A stretch of 28,566 bases of DNA, taken from a virus. Taxonomy: Duplodnaviria > Caudoviricetes. The notes under the pieces were generated by a model, which was given only the letters and a program-made list of their open reading frames with translations, did no database searches and was not told the DNA's origin. The stretch covers positions 1 to 28,566 of IMG/VR virus record IMGVR_UViG_3300037751_000108; one strand, 5' to 3'. Within the stretch, counting starts at the first letter, position 1. Each line of letters begins with the position of its first letter. The translations under genes and the position numbers were made by a program. Shown in pieces: positions 8,620 through 17,857 of this stretch.

Positions 8620-9855
8620 ATGAGCCGGCTTAATAAGAGACTAGACGAGCTTTCTAGCCTATTAAAACAATTTAATGCCTCTATAGAGATGCCTAAGCCC
8701 CCTGGTATCAAGAAGCCGCCTATTCCCAAGGCTCCAGGTGTAGCTCCTAAGTCTCAGAAAGACCCCGTAAAGATGGCAGAACAGATAGCCAACCCTGACA
8801 TCAAGCCTATGGTTATGGATCAAGCTAAGACCATGAAGGAGTCTCTTAAGATATCTAAGAGCGGTCAGTGGTCAATAACTAAAGCAGAAGATGATTTCAC
8901 GCCCACTGAGAAGATAACACCTGATCAAAAAAAAAACGTTGATGAGTTTCAAAGTGTAAAGAGCTTTTCTGACGCTTACAATAGGCGCCCAGAACAAAAA
9001 GAATTGATCAGTGATATCGACTTCGGCAGTAGAAAAGACAAGCTGCACGAAGAGCAAGCTAGCGGAGTATCCGGTGGATCTGGCTGGCATAGAAGCAAAA
9101 AGCACGACAAGAACGTGTGGATCAAGTCTTCACTTGGTCATCCTAACTTTCATGAGCGTGGACACGATAAATTAAGCTCCGCACGACGTGAGGTGCTGTT
9201 CCATAACATGGCCCATGACTTCTTTAATATGGGCGATTACGTACCTACCACAGCAGGCTTTAGTAGAGCCGGTGATGAACATTCAGCTCAAGCTGAAGTG
9301 AAAGGTGGTAAGCATGTTCCTAGATCTCTCAAGGATCCAGGTCCCGGTAGTAAGGTTCAACTACCAAAAGAATACACAGAGACCATAAAGAAGATGCACG
9401 ACAGCGGTGATTTACATAAGCTAGCGCTAATGGATCACGTAATGGGACATCATGATCGACATCGCGGTAACTTTATGTATTTACCTGAAAAGAAGAAGCT
9501 ACACCTTATAGATAACGGTACTGCATTTGACTACAAGAACTTTGATGTTAGAGAGTCGCCACACTATTGGGATCACGCAGTATCTGACATAATTGACGGT
9601 ATGGGTCTCAAAGGAGATCTGCATCCTGAAGCAAAGAAATGGCTCATGGACTTAGATACAGATAAGGCCAAGAAGCTATTTGAGGAGCACGGTCACTTCG
9701 AGAGTGATGACCACGCTCGTGGATTTTTAAACAGACTGCAACACGCCAAAGACTTAGTTAAGAGTGGTAAGTATAAAGATCTCAAGGATCTATTAAAGCA
9801 GAACAAATACTCAACTGGTCCTTCGTGGCATGAAGAGAAAAAGAAGGGTGCATAA
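8620..9855 (+). CDS. Atypical kinase, PI3/PI4-kinase / HipA-like fold, with Pro/Lys-rich N-terminal extension
   Basis: Gly-rich SGVSGGSG, VWIKS (Lys), RREV (Glu), YVPTT, DHVMGHHDRHRGNFM (catalytic loop), LIDNG (DFG equivalent); start moved to ATG 8620 because the promoter lies inside the longer ORF. Confidence 0.85.
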   Translation: MSRLNKRLDELSSLLKQFNASIEMPKPPGIKKPPIPKAPGVAPKSQKDPVKMAEQIANPDIKPMVMDQAKTMKESLKISKSGQWSITKAEDDFTPTEKITPDQKKNVDEFQSVKSFSDAYNRRPEQKELISDIDFGSRKDKLHEEQASGVSGGSGWHRSKKHDKNVWIKSSLGHPNFHERGHDKLSSARREVLFHNMAHDFFNMGDYVPTTAGFSRAGDEHSAQAEVKGGKHVPRSLKDPGPGSKVQLPKEYTETIKKMHDSGDLHKLALMDHVMGHHDRHRGNFMYLPEKKKLHLIDNGTAFDYKNFDVRESPHYWDHAVSDIIDGMGLKGDLHPEAKKWLMDLDTDKAKKLFEEHGHFESDDHARGFLNRLQHAKDLVKSGKYKDLKDLLKQNKYSTGPSWHEEKKKGA

Positions 9856-10088
9856 TGGAAGAATTTGTAGACGGTAAGTACGCACTATACTCAGGCAACG
9901 ACATACTTGGTGAACTCACCATCAAAGATGGATCTATATCCTATGACAATGAAGCTGACGAACACTCTATCGGTGATATATTTCCTAAGGGAAAGATCAA
10001 CCTACACACCAAAGGTCAGCTGAACAAGTATCTCCATGGGCACCACGCATATTTACACCTTCAACTCGAAGACTCTTCTGAGAAGTAA
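9855..10088 (+). CDS. Small hypothetical protein coupled to the kinase gene
   Basis: TAATG overlap with kinase stop; 77 aa. Confidence 0.7.
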   Translation: MEEFVDGKYALYSGNDILGELTIKDGSISYDNEADEHSIGDIFPKGKINLHTKGQLNKYLHGHHAYLHLQLEDSSEK

Positions 10089-10091
10089 AAT
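10086..10091 (+). promoter_or_regulatory. -10 box TAAAAT (leaderless ruvC)
   Basis: 6 nt before ATG 10098, no SD; uses the upstream stop codon. Confidence 0.4.
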
Positions 10092-10097
10092 CCATAC

Positions 10098-10730
10098 ATG
10101 AACATTCTGGTATTAGATCCAGCTACGTCAACTGGTTACTGCTTAGTTAACGTAGATGGCAATACAGCTACCGTATTTGAGTATGGATTTATCGACGTTG
10201 ACACATCTTCGATATATGAGGGCGATTGGTGTTTAGATTTACAGTCTCGCATTACCCCACTGATACAAAGATACGATGTTAAAGAAGTTGCGATAGAAGA
10301 CTACTTCTTCAGCAGCAGGTTTGCATCAGGTACCAATGTCAACTCAGCATATAGAACAGCCGTTCATATCTTGTGTAGGGAGATGAAACTGCCCTATGAT
10401 ATCCTTAACGTGTCTCAGTGGAAGAAGCATGTAGCTGGCAGATCTACTCCGTCCAAAGAGCAAAAGAAGAAGTGGGGTAAGGAAGCAGCTAAGAAGCTAT
10501 ACATGCAGCAGGCACTCTATGACATCTATGGAATTAAGTTCCCCAATCATTCTTTGTCCCCTAAGACTGGAAAGCCAGTTCTATTTAGGTATGACATTGT
10601 CGACGCTGTCGGCCAAGCCATCTTTCACTGCGAGAGCAAATACAGGGTAAAAAATATCAATGTTACGGTACCGGTACCACCGGACGTAGAGTTTAAGAAG
10701 CTGAGTAAAAAGATGTTCACATATCCTTAA
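10098..10730 (+). CDS. ruvC: RuvC-like Holliday junction resolvase
   Basis: ILVLDPATSTGY, VAIEDYF, QWKKHVAG...SKEQ, DIVDAVGQA: RNase H-fold acidic residues. Confidence 0.85.
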   Translation: MNILVLDPATSTGYCLVNVDGNTATVFEYGFIDVDTSSIYEGDWCLDLQSRITPLIQRYDVKEVAIEDYFFSSRFASGTNVNSAYRTAVHILCREMKLPYDILNVSQWKKHVAGRSTPSKEQKKKWGKEAAKKLYMQQALYDIYGIKFPNHSLSPKTGKPVLFRYDIVDAVGQAIFHCESKYRVKNINVTVPVPPDVEFKKLSKKMFTYP

Positions 10731-10743
10731 CGGAGGGAATAAA

Positions 10744-11046
10744 ATGAGTGTAGATGCAGGAAAAGCAAAGAAGATCTTGAGTGAGTCGTTCGTAGAGAAC
10801 CACTCTAACGTGTCTGAAGATGAGGCACAAAACCTAGTAGTTAGAAGCCTACAGAAGATCAAGGCCCTAGAAGAAGAGCGCGAGAGCGACGATAAGTTAG
10901 CTGCTGCTCGTCAGGTCAAGAAGGACCTAGAAGCTGGGTACAGTAGCGCGATACAATATGAGAAGGCCAAGATCTCTTTCCTACTGGAAAAGATTGAGGA
11001 GATCCAGGCTGGCGAGGTCAATCCTACGTCAGGGGCTAACGTTTGA
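10744..11046 (+). CDS. Hypothetical coiled-coil protein
   Basis: SD GGAGG, 100 aa, helical. Confidence 0.8.
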   Translation: MSVDAGKAKKILSESFVENHSNVSEDEAQNLVVRSLQKIKALEEERESDDKLAAARQVKKDLEAGYSSAIQYEKAKISFLLEKIEEIQAGEVNPTSGANV

Positions 11047-11059
11047 TTTGGAGGCTTAA

Positions 11060-11392
11060 ATGAGTCTACGTACAACTTACTCAGGGGCACTAGATGCTAA
11101 ACTAGCCGAGGCACGCGATGCAGGCCGAGACTGGGTTCTAGTGACAAATTTGGCTGACCTCACTACAGAGATGACGGCAGCTGCCAACTCTGGCATTAGA
11201 GAGTTCACTTTCAATGCAGGGGCTACTTTTCAGCCGGTTGATCTAAGACTAGAGGGTGCACTATGGGAAGCCCATAAGTCAGGCATCCTACAGGCTCTAG
11301 CTGAAGAAGACATCATGGGTAACGAAGTTACCATAGAGCTAAATACCTCCGACCAGCAGTCTACAAGCATCGATATTAATTTCAGCTTTTAA
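11060..11392 (+). CDS. Hypothetical acidic protein
   Basis: SD GGAGG, 110 aa. Confidence 0.8.
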   Translation: MSLRTTYSGALDAKLAEARDAGRDWVLVTNLADLTTEMTAAANSGIREFTFNAGATFQPVDLRLEGALWEAHKSGILQALAEEDIMGNEVTIELNTSDQQSTSIDINFSF

Positions 11393-11423
11393 CGACATTA
11401 CTTCTCCTTAGAAACCTTCGTTC

Positions 11424-11460
11424 AATGCCCTGATTGTATAAACCAGTCAGGGCATTTTTT
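11424..11460 (+). terminator. Intrinsic terminator with -10-like TATAAA in its loop
   Basis: ATGCCCTGATTG / CAGTCAGGGCAT stem (one G-U), loop TATAAAC, followed by a T-tract. Confidence 0.75.
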
Positions 11461-11471
11461 ATGGAGATCAG

Positions 11472-14400
11472 ATGAATTTTCTGTGGATAGACGTAGAGAC
11501 AACTGGACTCAACGAGATCAAACAGGATGTTATCCAACTAGCTTGTATTCCTGTTATCAACGGTGTTGTTCATAATCCGTTCAATGAATTCTGTCAACCT
11601 CTCAACTACAGTGCAGTAGATCAAGGTGCAGTAAATGCACACGGTATTACTGTAGATCAGATGAAGACATTTCAGCTGCAACCTGAGATGTTAGATCACT
11701 TCATTGATTATCTTAAATCATTTAATACTAAGTTCGTTATTGCTGGATATAACGTAGGTTTCGACAAGAAATTTGTCAGTGCTATGTTTACAAAGCACGA
11801 CAAGTCAAGTGAGTTCTTCAATCTGTTCTCGCTAGATATCCACTGTACATATAAGCGAGCACAGGCAGTAAAGTCACAGTTCAACACCCCTAATCTGAAG
11901 CTAGAGACGCTAGCTAAAGCACATAACATCCACATCAACGCCCACGATGCTCTATCGGATATCGAAGCTACTATCAAGCTCGATAAGATCGTCGGTCATA
12001 TGTTAGGTGAAGATGTAGCTGCGGTTCAGCAGGCAGTTGACACATCAGCTAGCAGAACGTTCCTGGAGCCAGCTCAACTACACTTACACTCAATGTATGG
12101 TATGGTCGACTCTATTCCTAGTATAGATCAGTGGGAGGAGTGGTGCAAGAAGACTAACACTCCAGGGTTCAGTATGGTTGATCATGGCACTGCCATATCC
12201 ATGTATCATATGACCAAAGTGAAGGATGTAGTTGGTATTCCTGGTTGTGGTCTATATTTCATGCCAGACGATTATATCCAATCGGATATACAGTATATGG
12301 CAGTGAATGCATGGGCTGTTACTAACGAAGGCTACTTCAATCTCATGAAGCTAGCATCGATCTGTCATCACAATAAGGTTACTACCGCTCACGGCATCGA
12401 TGTACCTATTCTAAAAGAAGAAGATATATTAAAATATAGGGCTGGAATAAAGTTCGGTACGGCTTGCTACGAATCTGGTATGGGCCAGAAGATTGCCTCT
12501 GGGGATTTTGAGGGTGCTGAGCAGTTACTGCAAACATATATGAGGATCTTTGGTGATCTGTATGTAGAGTTTAATCCTGTTAGCATTGGCTATAAGTTTA
12601 CTCCTAAGATTGGATTCCAACCAAATACAAGAAACGACGTCGTTAAGGATGGTGACATCCAGAAAGCACTTAATAGGTTTTTAGCACGTATGTCCGATAA
12701 ATATGCACTCAAGTGCATACCGGTAAGTGGAGCTATGTTTATTGAAGAGGATGACAAGATCATCCAAGATTGTATTTCTAAGAACTCATACAAGAGTGGT
12801 AAGTACTATCGTGAATCATATCACGCTAAGACGGCAGCTACTATGTTCTCTGAGTTGAAGCTGCATCTTGGTAAGTGGCTAACTGAAGATAAGTTCGACG
12901 CATGGATCAAAAACACCCACGACATCATGGGTGAAGCCAAGAACATCAAGATAGAGCTAGACTACCATCTTCCAAAGATCGATATTCCTGAGCATATCAA
13001 ATCCAAGGTAGATGACTACGATACGCAGACTTATTACTACATGATGGAGAGAATCAAGGAACACGGCCGCTGGAGTAATGACCCAGTGTACGTAGAGCGA
13101 TTCAAGAAAGAGCTAGATGTCATCATGAAGAACGACACGCTGAACTTCATTCCATATTTCTTGGTCTATGAGGATCTAGGTTCGTTCGCTAGAAGGCGCG
13201 GTATCTTACAGAATATTGCCCGTGGTTCTGCTGGTGGTTCACTTCTTTCGTACTATCTTAAGATCATTCACGTTGATCCTATTAAGGCTGATCTACCGTT
13301 TGAAAGATTCTTATCTCATGCTCGTATCCGCGCAGGATCGTTTCCAGATATCGACATGGATATCGGTGATACTGCACGATCGTATGTTATGGCTTACTTG
13401 AAAGAGAAGTACGGCTTAGGTTTTGCTCAGATCTCTACGTTTAGCACTATGAAAACTAAGAACGCCCTCAAGGATATTATGTATGCCTTGTACGGCAAGA
13501 ACCGTAATGATCCAGAGATCAAGGCAGTCTGCGACACTATTCCTGACTCGCCTCAGGGTGTAGATGAGATGAAGTTCCTTTATGGTCACACCGATAAAGA
13601 GGGTGTTTACCACAAGGGGCAGATGGACACCAACGAACATCTGAAGAACTTCTTTAAGCGCTATCCAGAAGTAGAGATGATCTGTAAGAAGATGATTGGT
13701 CTTATTAGAGGCTGGTCACGTCACGCTTCTGCGTTTGTTATCTCTACGGTCGATATGGCTCATTCTAGGGTGCCAACTACCGTGATGCATGACAAAGATG
13801 CCGGTGATATCTTAGTTACTCAGTATGATGCTTCGATGGTTGAGAGATGTGGTCTTGTTAAGGCTGATATCTTAGGTATCAAGACACTCACGGCTGTGTC
13901 TGACTGTATTGATCTAGTCAGAGAGAACACTAGCAAAGATTACCTAGATGAAGATGGTGGTCTTGCATTGATCTACAGACTTCCAGAAGATGAAGGAGTG
14001 TACGCTGACTTCTACAACAAAGATACAGATTCATCATTCCAGTTCAACACTGAGCTAATTAAGGGTTACATTCAGGAGTTCGTTCCTACAGAGAGAAAGC
14101 ATCTATCAGCCATGACCGCACTATGTCGTCCTGGTGCACTTGATGCCGAGTGGGAACCCGGTGTATCGGCAGCACAGTTCTATATGGATGTACGCAATAA
14201 CAAGAGACAGATGACGTTCATCCATGAGGATCTACGTCCTTTCTTAAGTGATTCAAACGGAGTGTTCGTCTACCAAGAGGAGGTGATGAAGTTCCTGGTT
14301 GAGATCGCTGGATATACACTAGAAGACTCTGACCAGATCAGAAATGCTATTGCTAAGAAGAAGCACGAAGTTATGATGAAGGCCTTCGATAAGATTCGTG

Positions 14401-15437
14401 AGGGTACATCACAGCGTGGCTGGTCATCTGAGCAGACCGAGAAAGCATGTAACCACATCATGGCGTTCTCTCGGTACTCGTTCAACAAGTCTCACTCTCA
14501 TGCTTATGCTGAACTTGGTTATATAACTATGTACCTAAAGCATCATCACCCACTAGAGTGGTGGACATCAGTGCTTAACGGTGTGATCGGTGATGAATTC
14601 AAATTAAGACGATATATGGCTCACTTAGGTGATCTGATTGCTCCACCTTCTCTCAAGAAGCCATCTGATAGGTTTCAGATTGTGGGCAGTAAGATCGTTG
14701 CACCCGTGTCGATCATAAAAGGCATAGGTCCGTCGGTGGTTAATGAGCTCACAACAAAAGGTCCGTTTGAGGATCTAGCTGACTATATCACTAAGGTGAA
14801 TCACTCTCGAGTAAACATCGGTGCGATCAGCGCTCTTATCAAGGGGCGCGCAGCCGACTCCATGATGGACAAGAACCTTCCGTATGCTGAGGCTAGAAGG
14901 AAGTTCATGGACGACTACATATCTATCCGTAAGGCTAGAAGCTCGTTTAACGAAGAGCTAAACAATCTAGATCCAATCTCAATATTCCTACAAGAGCGAG
15001 ATATTAATAAGTGCTTCAACAAGCATCTACTATCTGATGACAGTATTAAGGATATACTTCTAGAGAAGTGGCCAGGTCTTCAATCTACAGGTCGTGAGGG
15101 CATTCCTTTCATGATGGGTAACAAACCAGTTTTAGGTAATCTCAAGGTTGCTGAGGGAATGGTTAAGCGAGAACACAAAGATGAAGTCGGAATGATACTT
15201 CTATATGAGGGATGTAACATACGCAAAGGCATCTCTAAGAAGTCTGGCAAGGAATGGTGCTTAACATCTATCAAGTTATCTGACGGCTATGGAACTATAG
15301 AGGCAGCTAAGTGGGACCAAGATAAGCCATTTCGTTGGCCTAAGAACACTATCGTGTATGTAAGAGGCGAACTAAAAACTGGCTGGAAAACACCAGTTAG
15401 TATAACTATCTCTGAAATTGAGAAAGTAGAAAGATAA
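11472..15437 (+). CDS. dnaE: DNA polymerase III alpha (DnaE-type, family C) with N-terminal DEDDh 3'-5' exonuclease
   Basis: DVETTG/GYNVGFD/HDALSD (Exo I-III); LHLHS and DHG (PHP); RGSAGGSL, FERFL, FPDIDMD, KADILG, VYQEEVM, FNKSHS; C-terminal OB fold; SD GGAG. Confidence 0.97.
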   Translation: MNFLWIDVETTGLNEIKQDVIQLACIPVINGVVHNPFNEFCQPLNYSAVDQGAVNAHGITVDQMKTFQLQPEMLDHFIDYLKSFNTKFVIAGYNVGFDKKFVSAMFTKHDKSSEFFNLFSLDIHCTYKRAQAVKSQFNTPNLKLETLAKAHNIHINAHDALSDIEATIKLDKIVGHMLGEDVAAVQQAVDTSASRTFLEPAQLHLHSMYGMVDSIPSIDQWEEWCKKTNTPGFSMVDHGTAISMYHMTKVKDVVGIPGCGLYFMPDDYIQSDIQYMAVNAWAVTNEGYFNLMKLASICHHNKVTTAHGIDVPILKEEDILKYRAGIKFGTACYESGMGQKIASGDFEGAEQLLQTYMRIFGDLYVEFNPVSIGYKFTPKIGFQPNTRNDVVKDGDIQKALNRFLARMSDKYALKCIPVSGAMFIEEDDKIIQDCISKNSYKSGKYYRESYHAKTAATMFSELKLHLGKWLTEDKFDAWIKNTHDIMGEAKNIKIELDYHLPKIDIPEHIKSKVDDYDTQTYYYMMERIKEHGRWSNDPVYVERFKKELDVIMKNDTLNFIPYFLVYEDLGSFARRRGILQNIARGSAGGSLLSYYLKIIHVDPIKADLPFERFLSHARIRAGSFPDIDMDIGDTARSYVMAYLKEKYGLGFAQISTFSTMKTKNALKDIMYALYGKNRNDPEIKAVCDTIPDSPQGVDEMKFLYGHTDKEGVYHKGQMDTNEHLKNFFKRYPEVEMICKKMIGLIRGWSRHASAFVISTVDMAHSRVPTTVMHDKDAGDILVTQYDASMVERCGLVKADILGIKTLTAVSDCIDLVRENTSKDYLDEDGGLALIYRLPEDEGVYADFYNKDTDSSFQFNTELIKGYIQEFVPTERKHLSAMTALCRPGALDAEWEPGVSAAQFYMDVRNNKRQMTFIHEDLRPFLSDSNGVFVYQEEVMKFLVEIAGYTLEDSDQIRNAIAKKKHEVMMKAFDKIREGTSQRGWSSEQTEKACNHIMAFSRYSFNKSHSHAYAELGYITMYLKHHHPLEWWTSVLNGVIGDEFKLRRYMAHLGDLIAPPSLKKPSDRFQIVGSKIVAPVSIIKGIGPSVVNELTTKGPFEDLADYITKVNHSRVNIGAISALIKGRAADSMMDKNLPYAEARRKFMDDYISIRKARSSFNEELNNLDPISIFLQERDINKCFNKHLLSDDSIKDILLEKWPGLQSTGREGIPFMMGNKPVLGNLKVAEGMVKREHKDEVGMILLYEGCNIRKGISKKSGKEWCLTSIKLSDGYGTIEAAKWDQDKPFRWPKNTIVYVRGELKTGWKTPVSITISEIEKVER

Positions 15438-15462
15438 CGAACAATGTTCAACAGGAGAAAAT

Positions 15463-15948
15463 ATGTCTAAATTTGTAATCGTTGATAAAGCACCTAAAAA
15501 TCTTAAGGACAACGAGCTGGTGATTTCTGAGCCAACTTTCGTCGATGAGATTAAGTTGTCTAAGAATCAACCACGTCCCCATCCCAATGGTAAGTACCTA
15601 ACATCGCTTGCTCACTTGCGAGCTATCACTGGCACTATTGGTGAGTTGTATGATCCGGAAGGCTTCAACCAGTACAGTTCAATTCCACTGAACCACTTTG
15701 TTGGTATTGAATATGGAACGGTTGAAGAGCTAAGTAGTGTCGTACTGAGGGCATTCAATAAGTTCTATCCTCAGATCGTATTTAAGTACCTAGATAAGCA
15801 GATTAAGTCGCGTCCTCAGGGCACCGAATTGATCTATTTTGTCGGCACTAAACAAAATACGGAAGTGTTTTTTGCCAATGGAATCAACCAGTTAGATGGC
15901 ACAGAAAGTGCAAAAGTAAGCAAGAAAGTAACATCGAAAGACGCGTAA
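15463..15948 (+). CDS. Hypothetical protein
   Basis: SD AGGAG, 161 aa between dnaE and ssb. Confidence 0.8.
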   Translation: MSKFVIVDKAPKNLKDNELVISEPTFVDEIKLSKNQPRPHPNGKYLTSLAHLRAITGTIGELYDPEGFNQYSSIPLNHFVGIEYGTVEELSSVVLRAFNKFYPQIVFKYLDKQIKSRPQGTELIYFVGTKQNTEVFFANGINQLDGTESAKVSKKVTSKDA

Positions 15949-15951
15949 ACG

Positions 15952-15960
15952 TGGTATAAT
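15952..15960 (+). promoter_or_regulatory. Extended -10 promoter TGGTATAAT for the ssb-uvsY-recA block
   Basis: Perfect TGnTATAAT in intergenic region. Confidence 0.75.
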
Positions 15961-15966
15961 TGAACC

Positions 15967-16008
15967 ATGCCGCATTGCGGTAGTAATTAAACAATGCCCT
16001 ACGGGGTA
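15967..16008 (+). promoter_or_regulatory. Structured 5' leader: two tandem hairpins ATGCC...GGTA
   Basis: TGCCGC-att-GCGGTA and TGCCC-tacg-GGGTA (cUACGg tetraloop). Confidence 0.6.
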
Positions 16009-16026
16009 GAAAAAGGAGAAAGCCAA

Positions 16027-17094
16027 ATGGCAAAGATCAGTATTAATCAAGATTCACTCAAGCCCAAAAGAGAGTGGAAACGTCACAAAGTTAAGGAAGG
16101 TTCAAATATCTTCCGGTTCTTACCTCCCTTCGGAGACGACTCAAACGGATATCCTTACAGAAAATGGATGGTGATCTGGGGACTTAACGATCCAGAATCA
16201 GGCCGCATGCGTCCTTACGCAAGCCCAATCACTTCTGCTGAGAAAGCATGTCCGGTTATGGAGTACGTAGAGGCACTCAAGAAGAAAGTTGAAGCTAAGA
16301 AATCCTTGCTCCAAGCCTCTGGAACATCTGAATCAGAAATCAAAGAGGCACTCAAGCCCCTGAATAAGGTTATCTCTAACCTTAGGCCAAAGACTGTCTA
16401 TGCGTGGAACGCGGTAGATAAGGCTGGTACTCTTGGTTTGTTGGAAGTTAAGCCAACTGCCCAGAAGGAAATCAAGGAGCTGATGCGTGCATATATCAAA
16501 GATTACAACCAAGATCCTACGTCAGTAAACAGTGATCCTGATGACTCTGGTGTGTGGTTTGACATTCAGCGATCTGGTACCGGTTTCGATACCGAGTACA
16601 AGGTGAAGAAAGTTCAAACCATGACTAAGGTCAACGGCTCACCGAGCTATGTCGATGATCGATCGGCATTACCCGATAACATCGTTGAGAACTGGCAGGA
16701 ACAAGCATATGATCTTGGATCTATCTATCAGGTCAAATCATATAATGATCTGCGAGAGATCTTCCTTGCGAATCTCAGCAACATTCTAGATGACTGTCCT
16801 GAAGCTGCGATCGCTGGATTTGATCCAACTACTGTAGTCACTAAGTCAGATGCTACAGCGTCAAATGAAGAAGCAACCAAGACACAGGCTGCACCTGTTA
16901 CCAAGGGTAACGGATCTGTTAGCTTGAATCTTGATGCAGACGATGAAGACGATGACGGTGATGAGTTCGAAACCGAAGCAGTGTCAGCACCAGCCGCAGC
17001 AGCTCCGGCAACTAAGACCAAAACCGTAGTAGCAAGCGCACCAGCGGACAACGACGACATCTTTGCGATGGCCGACAGCATCCTTAACGATTAA
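16027..17094 (+). CDS. ssb: T4 gp32-like single-stranded DNA-binding protein
   Basis: IFRFLPP, ACPV, FDIQRSGTGFDTEY, long Ala/Asp-rich tail ending DDIFAMADSILND; SD AGGAG 16014-16018 supports ATG 16027. Confidence 0.8.
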   Translation: MAKISINQDSLKPKREWKRHKVKEGSNIFRFLPPFGDDSNGYPYRKWMVIWGLNDPESGRMRPYASPITSAEKACPVMEYVEALKKKVEAKKSLLQASGTSESEIKEALKPLNKVISNLRPKTVYAWNAVDKAGTLGLLEVKPTAQKEIKELMRAYIKDYNQDPTSVNSDPDDSGVWFDIQRSGTGFDTEYKVKKVQTMTKVNGSPSYVDDRSALPDNIVENWQEQAYDLGSIYQVKSYNDLREIFLANLSNILDDCPEAAIAGFDPTTVVTKSDATASNEEATKTQAAPVTKGNGSVSLNLDADDEDDDGDEFETEAVSAPAAAAPATKTKTVVASAPADNDDIFAMADSILND

Positions 17095-17103
17095 GGAGGC
17101 AAT

Positions 17104-17574
17104 ATGTCGAGCCAGTCATTAGTCGCTGTTGAGCAGCGCCTAAAAACCATAGATGTAACAAAGCTGGTCGAGTATACTCTAAAAATCAGAGATATTGGGG
17201 GCCTCAATAACATGATGGCTCCCACATATCTAAGAGATTTTATCTTAGGGTATGACGTCGCCAACAGCATGCTAGCTACAGCAGTTAGATGCGAGATTGA
17301 GGTAAAGACTGCGCTTGATCGAGCTAGAGCTATTGCCTATCTTGATCGTGCACAAGACTACTGTAAAGAGCATGGCATTAAGATCTCTAACGGAGTTCGT
17401 GAGCAGTATGTAGAGTTGGATGACGATGTTGCAGCAGCTAAGAGTCTATATGCTAAAGCCACTGCCATGACTACGTTCCTGAAGAATAAGCTTCAAGAAT
17501 TTAGGATGGCTCACGATGACGTGAAGAAGATGGTATACAGCGACTCTTATCAAACCCCAAATGAGGGATTTTAA
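17104..17574 (+). CDS. UvsY-like recombination mediator (putative)
   Basis: All-helical 156 aa, REQYVELDDDV segment, located between SSB and RecA/UvsX; SD AGGAGG. Confidence 0.5.
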   Translation: MSSQSLVAVEQRLKTIDVTKLVEYTLKIRDIGGLNNMMAPTYLRDFILGYDVANSMLATAVRCEIEVKTALDRARAIAYLDRAQDYCKEHGIKISNGVREQYVELDDDVAAAKSLYAKATAMTTFLKNKLQEFRMAHDDVKKMVYSDSYQTPNEGF

Positions 17575-17575
17575 T

Positions 17576-17857
17576 ATGACTAAGAAATTAGAACTGCATG
17601 ATCTTGAGGCAATAAATAATGTTGCGAAGTCATTTGATAAGCCTAAGACTGTGCAGATGAGTCAAGATGTTTATGATAAGTTTAAGCGAAGTTTTTACCC
17701 TATAAGTAAATATCCAATCTTAACAGAGGACCACGACATAGTGAAAGTTCACGTTGAAAGTGGTGAACTAGATGTTGAGATCATTCCAGGTAAAGAATTA
17801 ATGGGTGTAACTGGTGAGACCAAATATACTCCAGTGGAGGATAACGATGACAACTAG
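17576..17857 (+). CDS. Small hypothetical protein (paralogue family member 1)
   Basis: SD GAGGG before ATG 17576; PKTVQMSQDVYDKF...ESGELDV. Confidence 0.7.
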   Translation: MTKKLELHDLEAINNVAKSFDKPKTVQMSQDVYDKFKRSFYPISKYPILTEDHDIVKVHVESGELDVEIIPGKELMGVTGETKYTPVEDNDDN

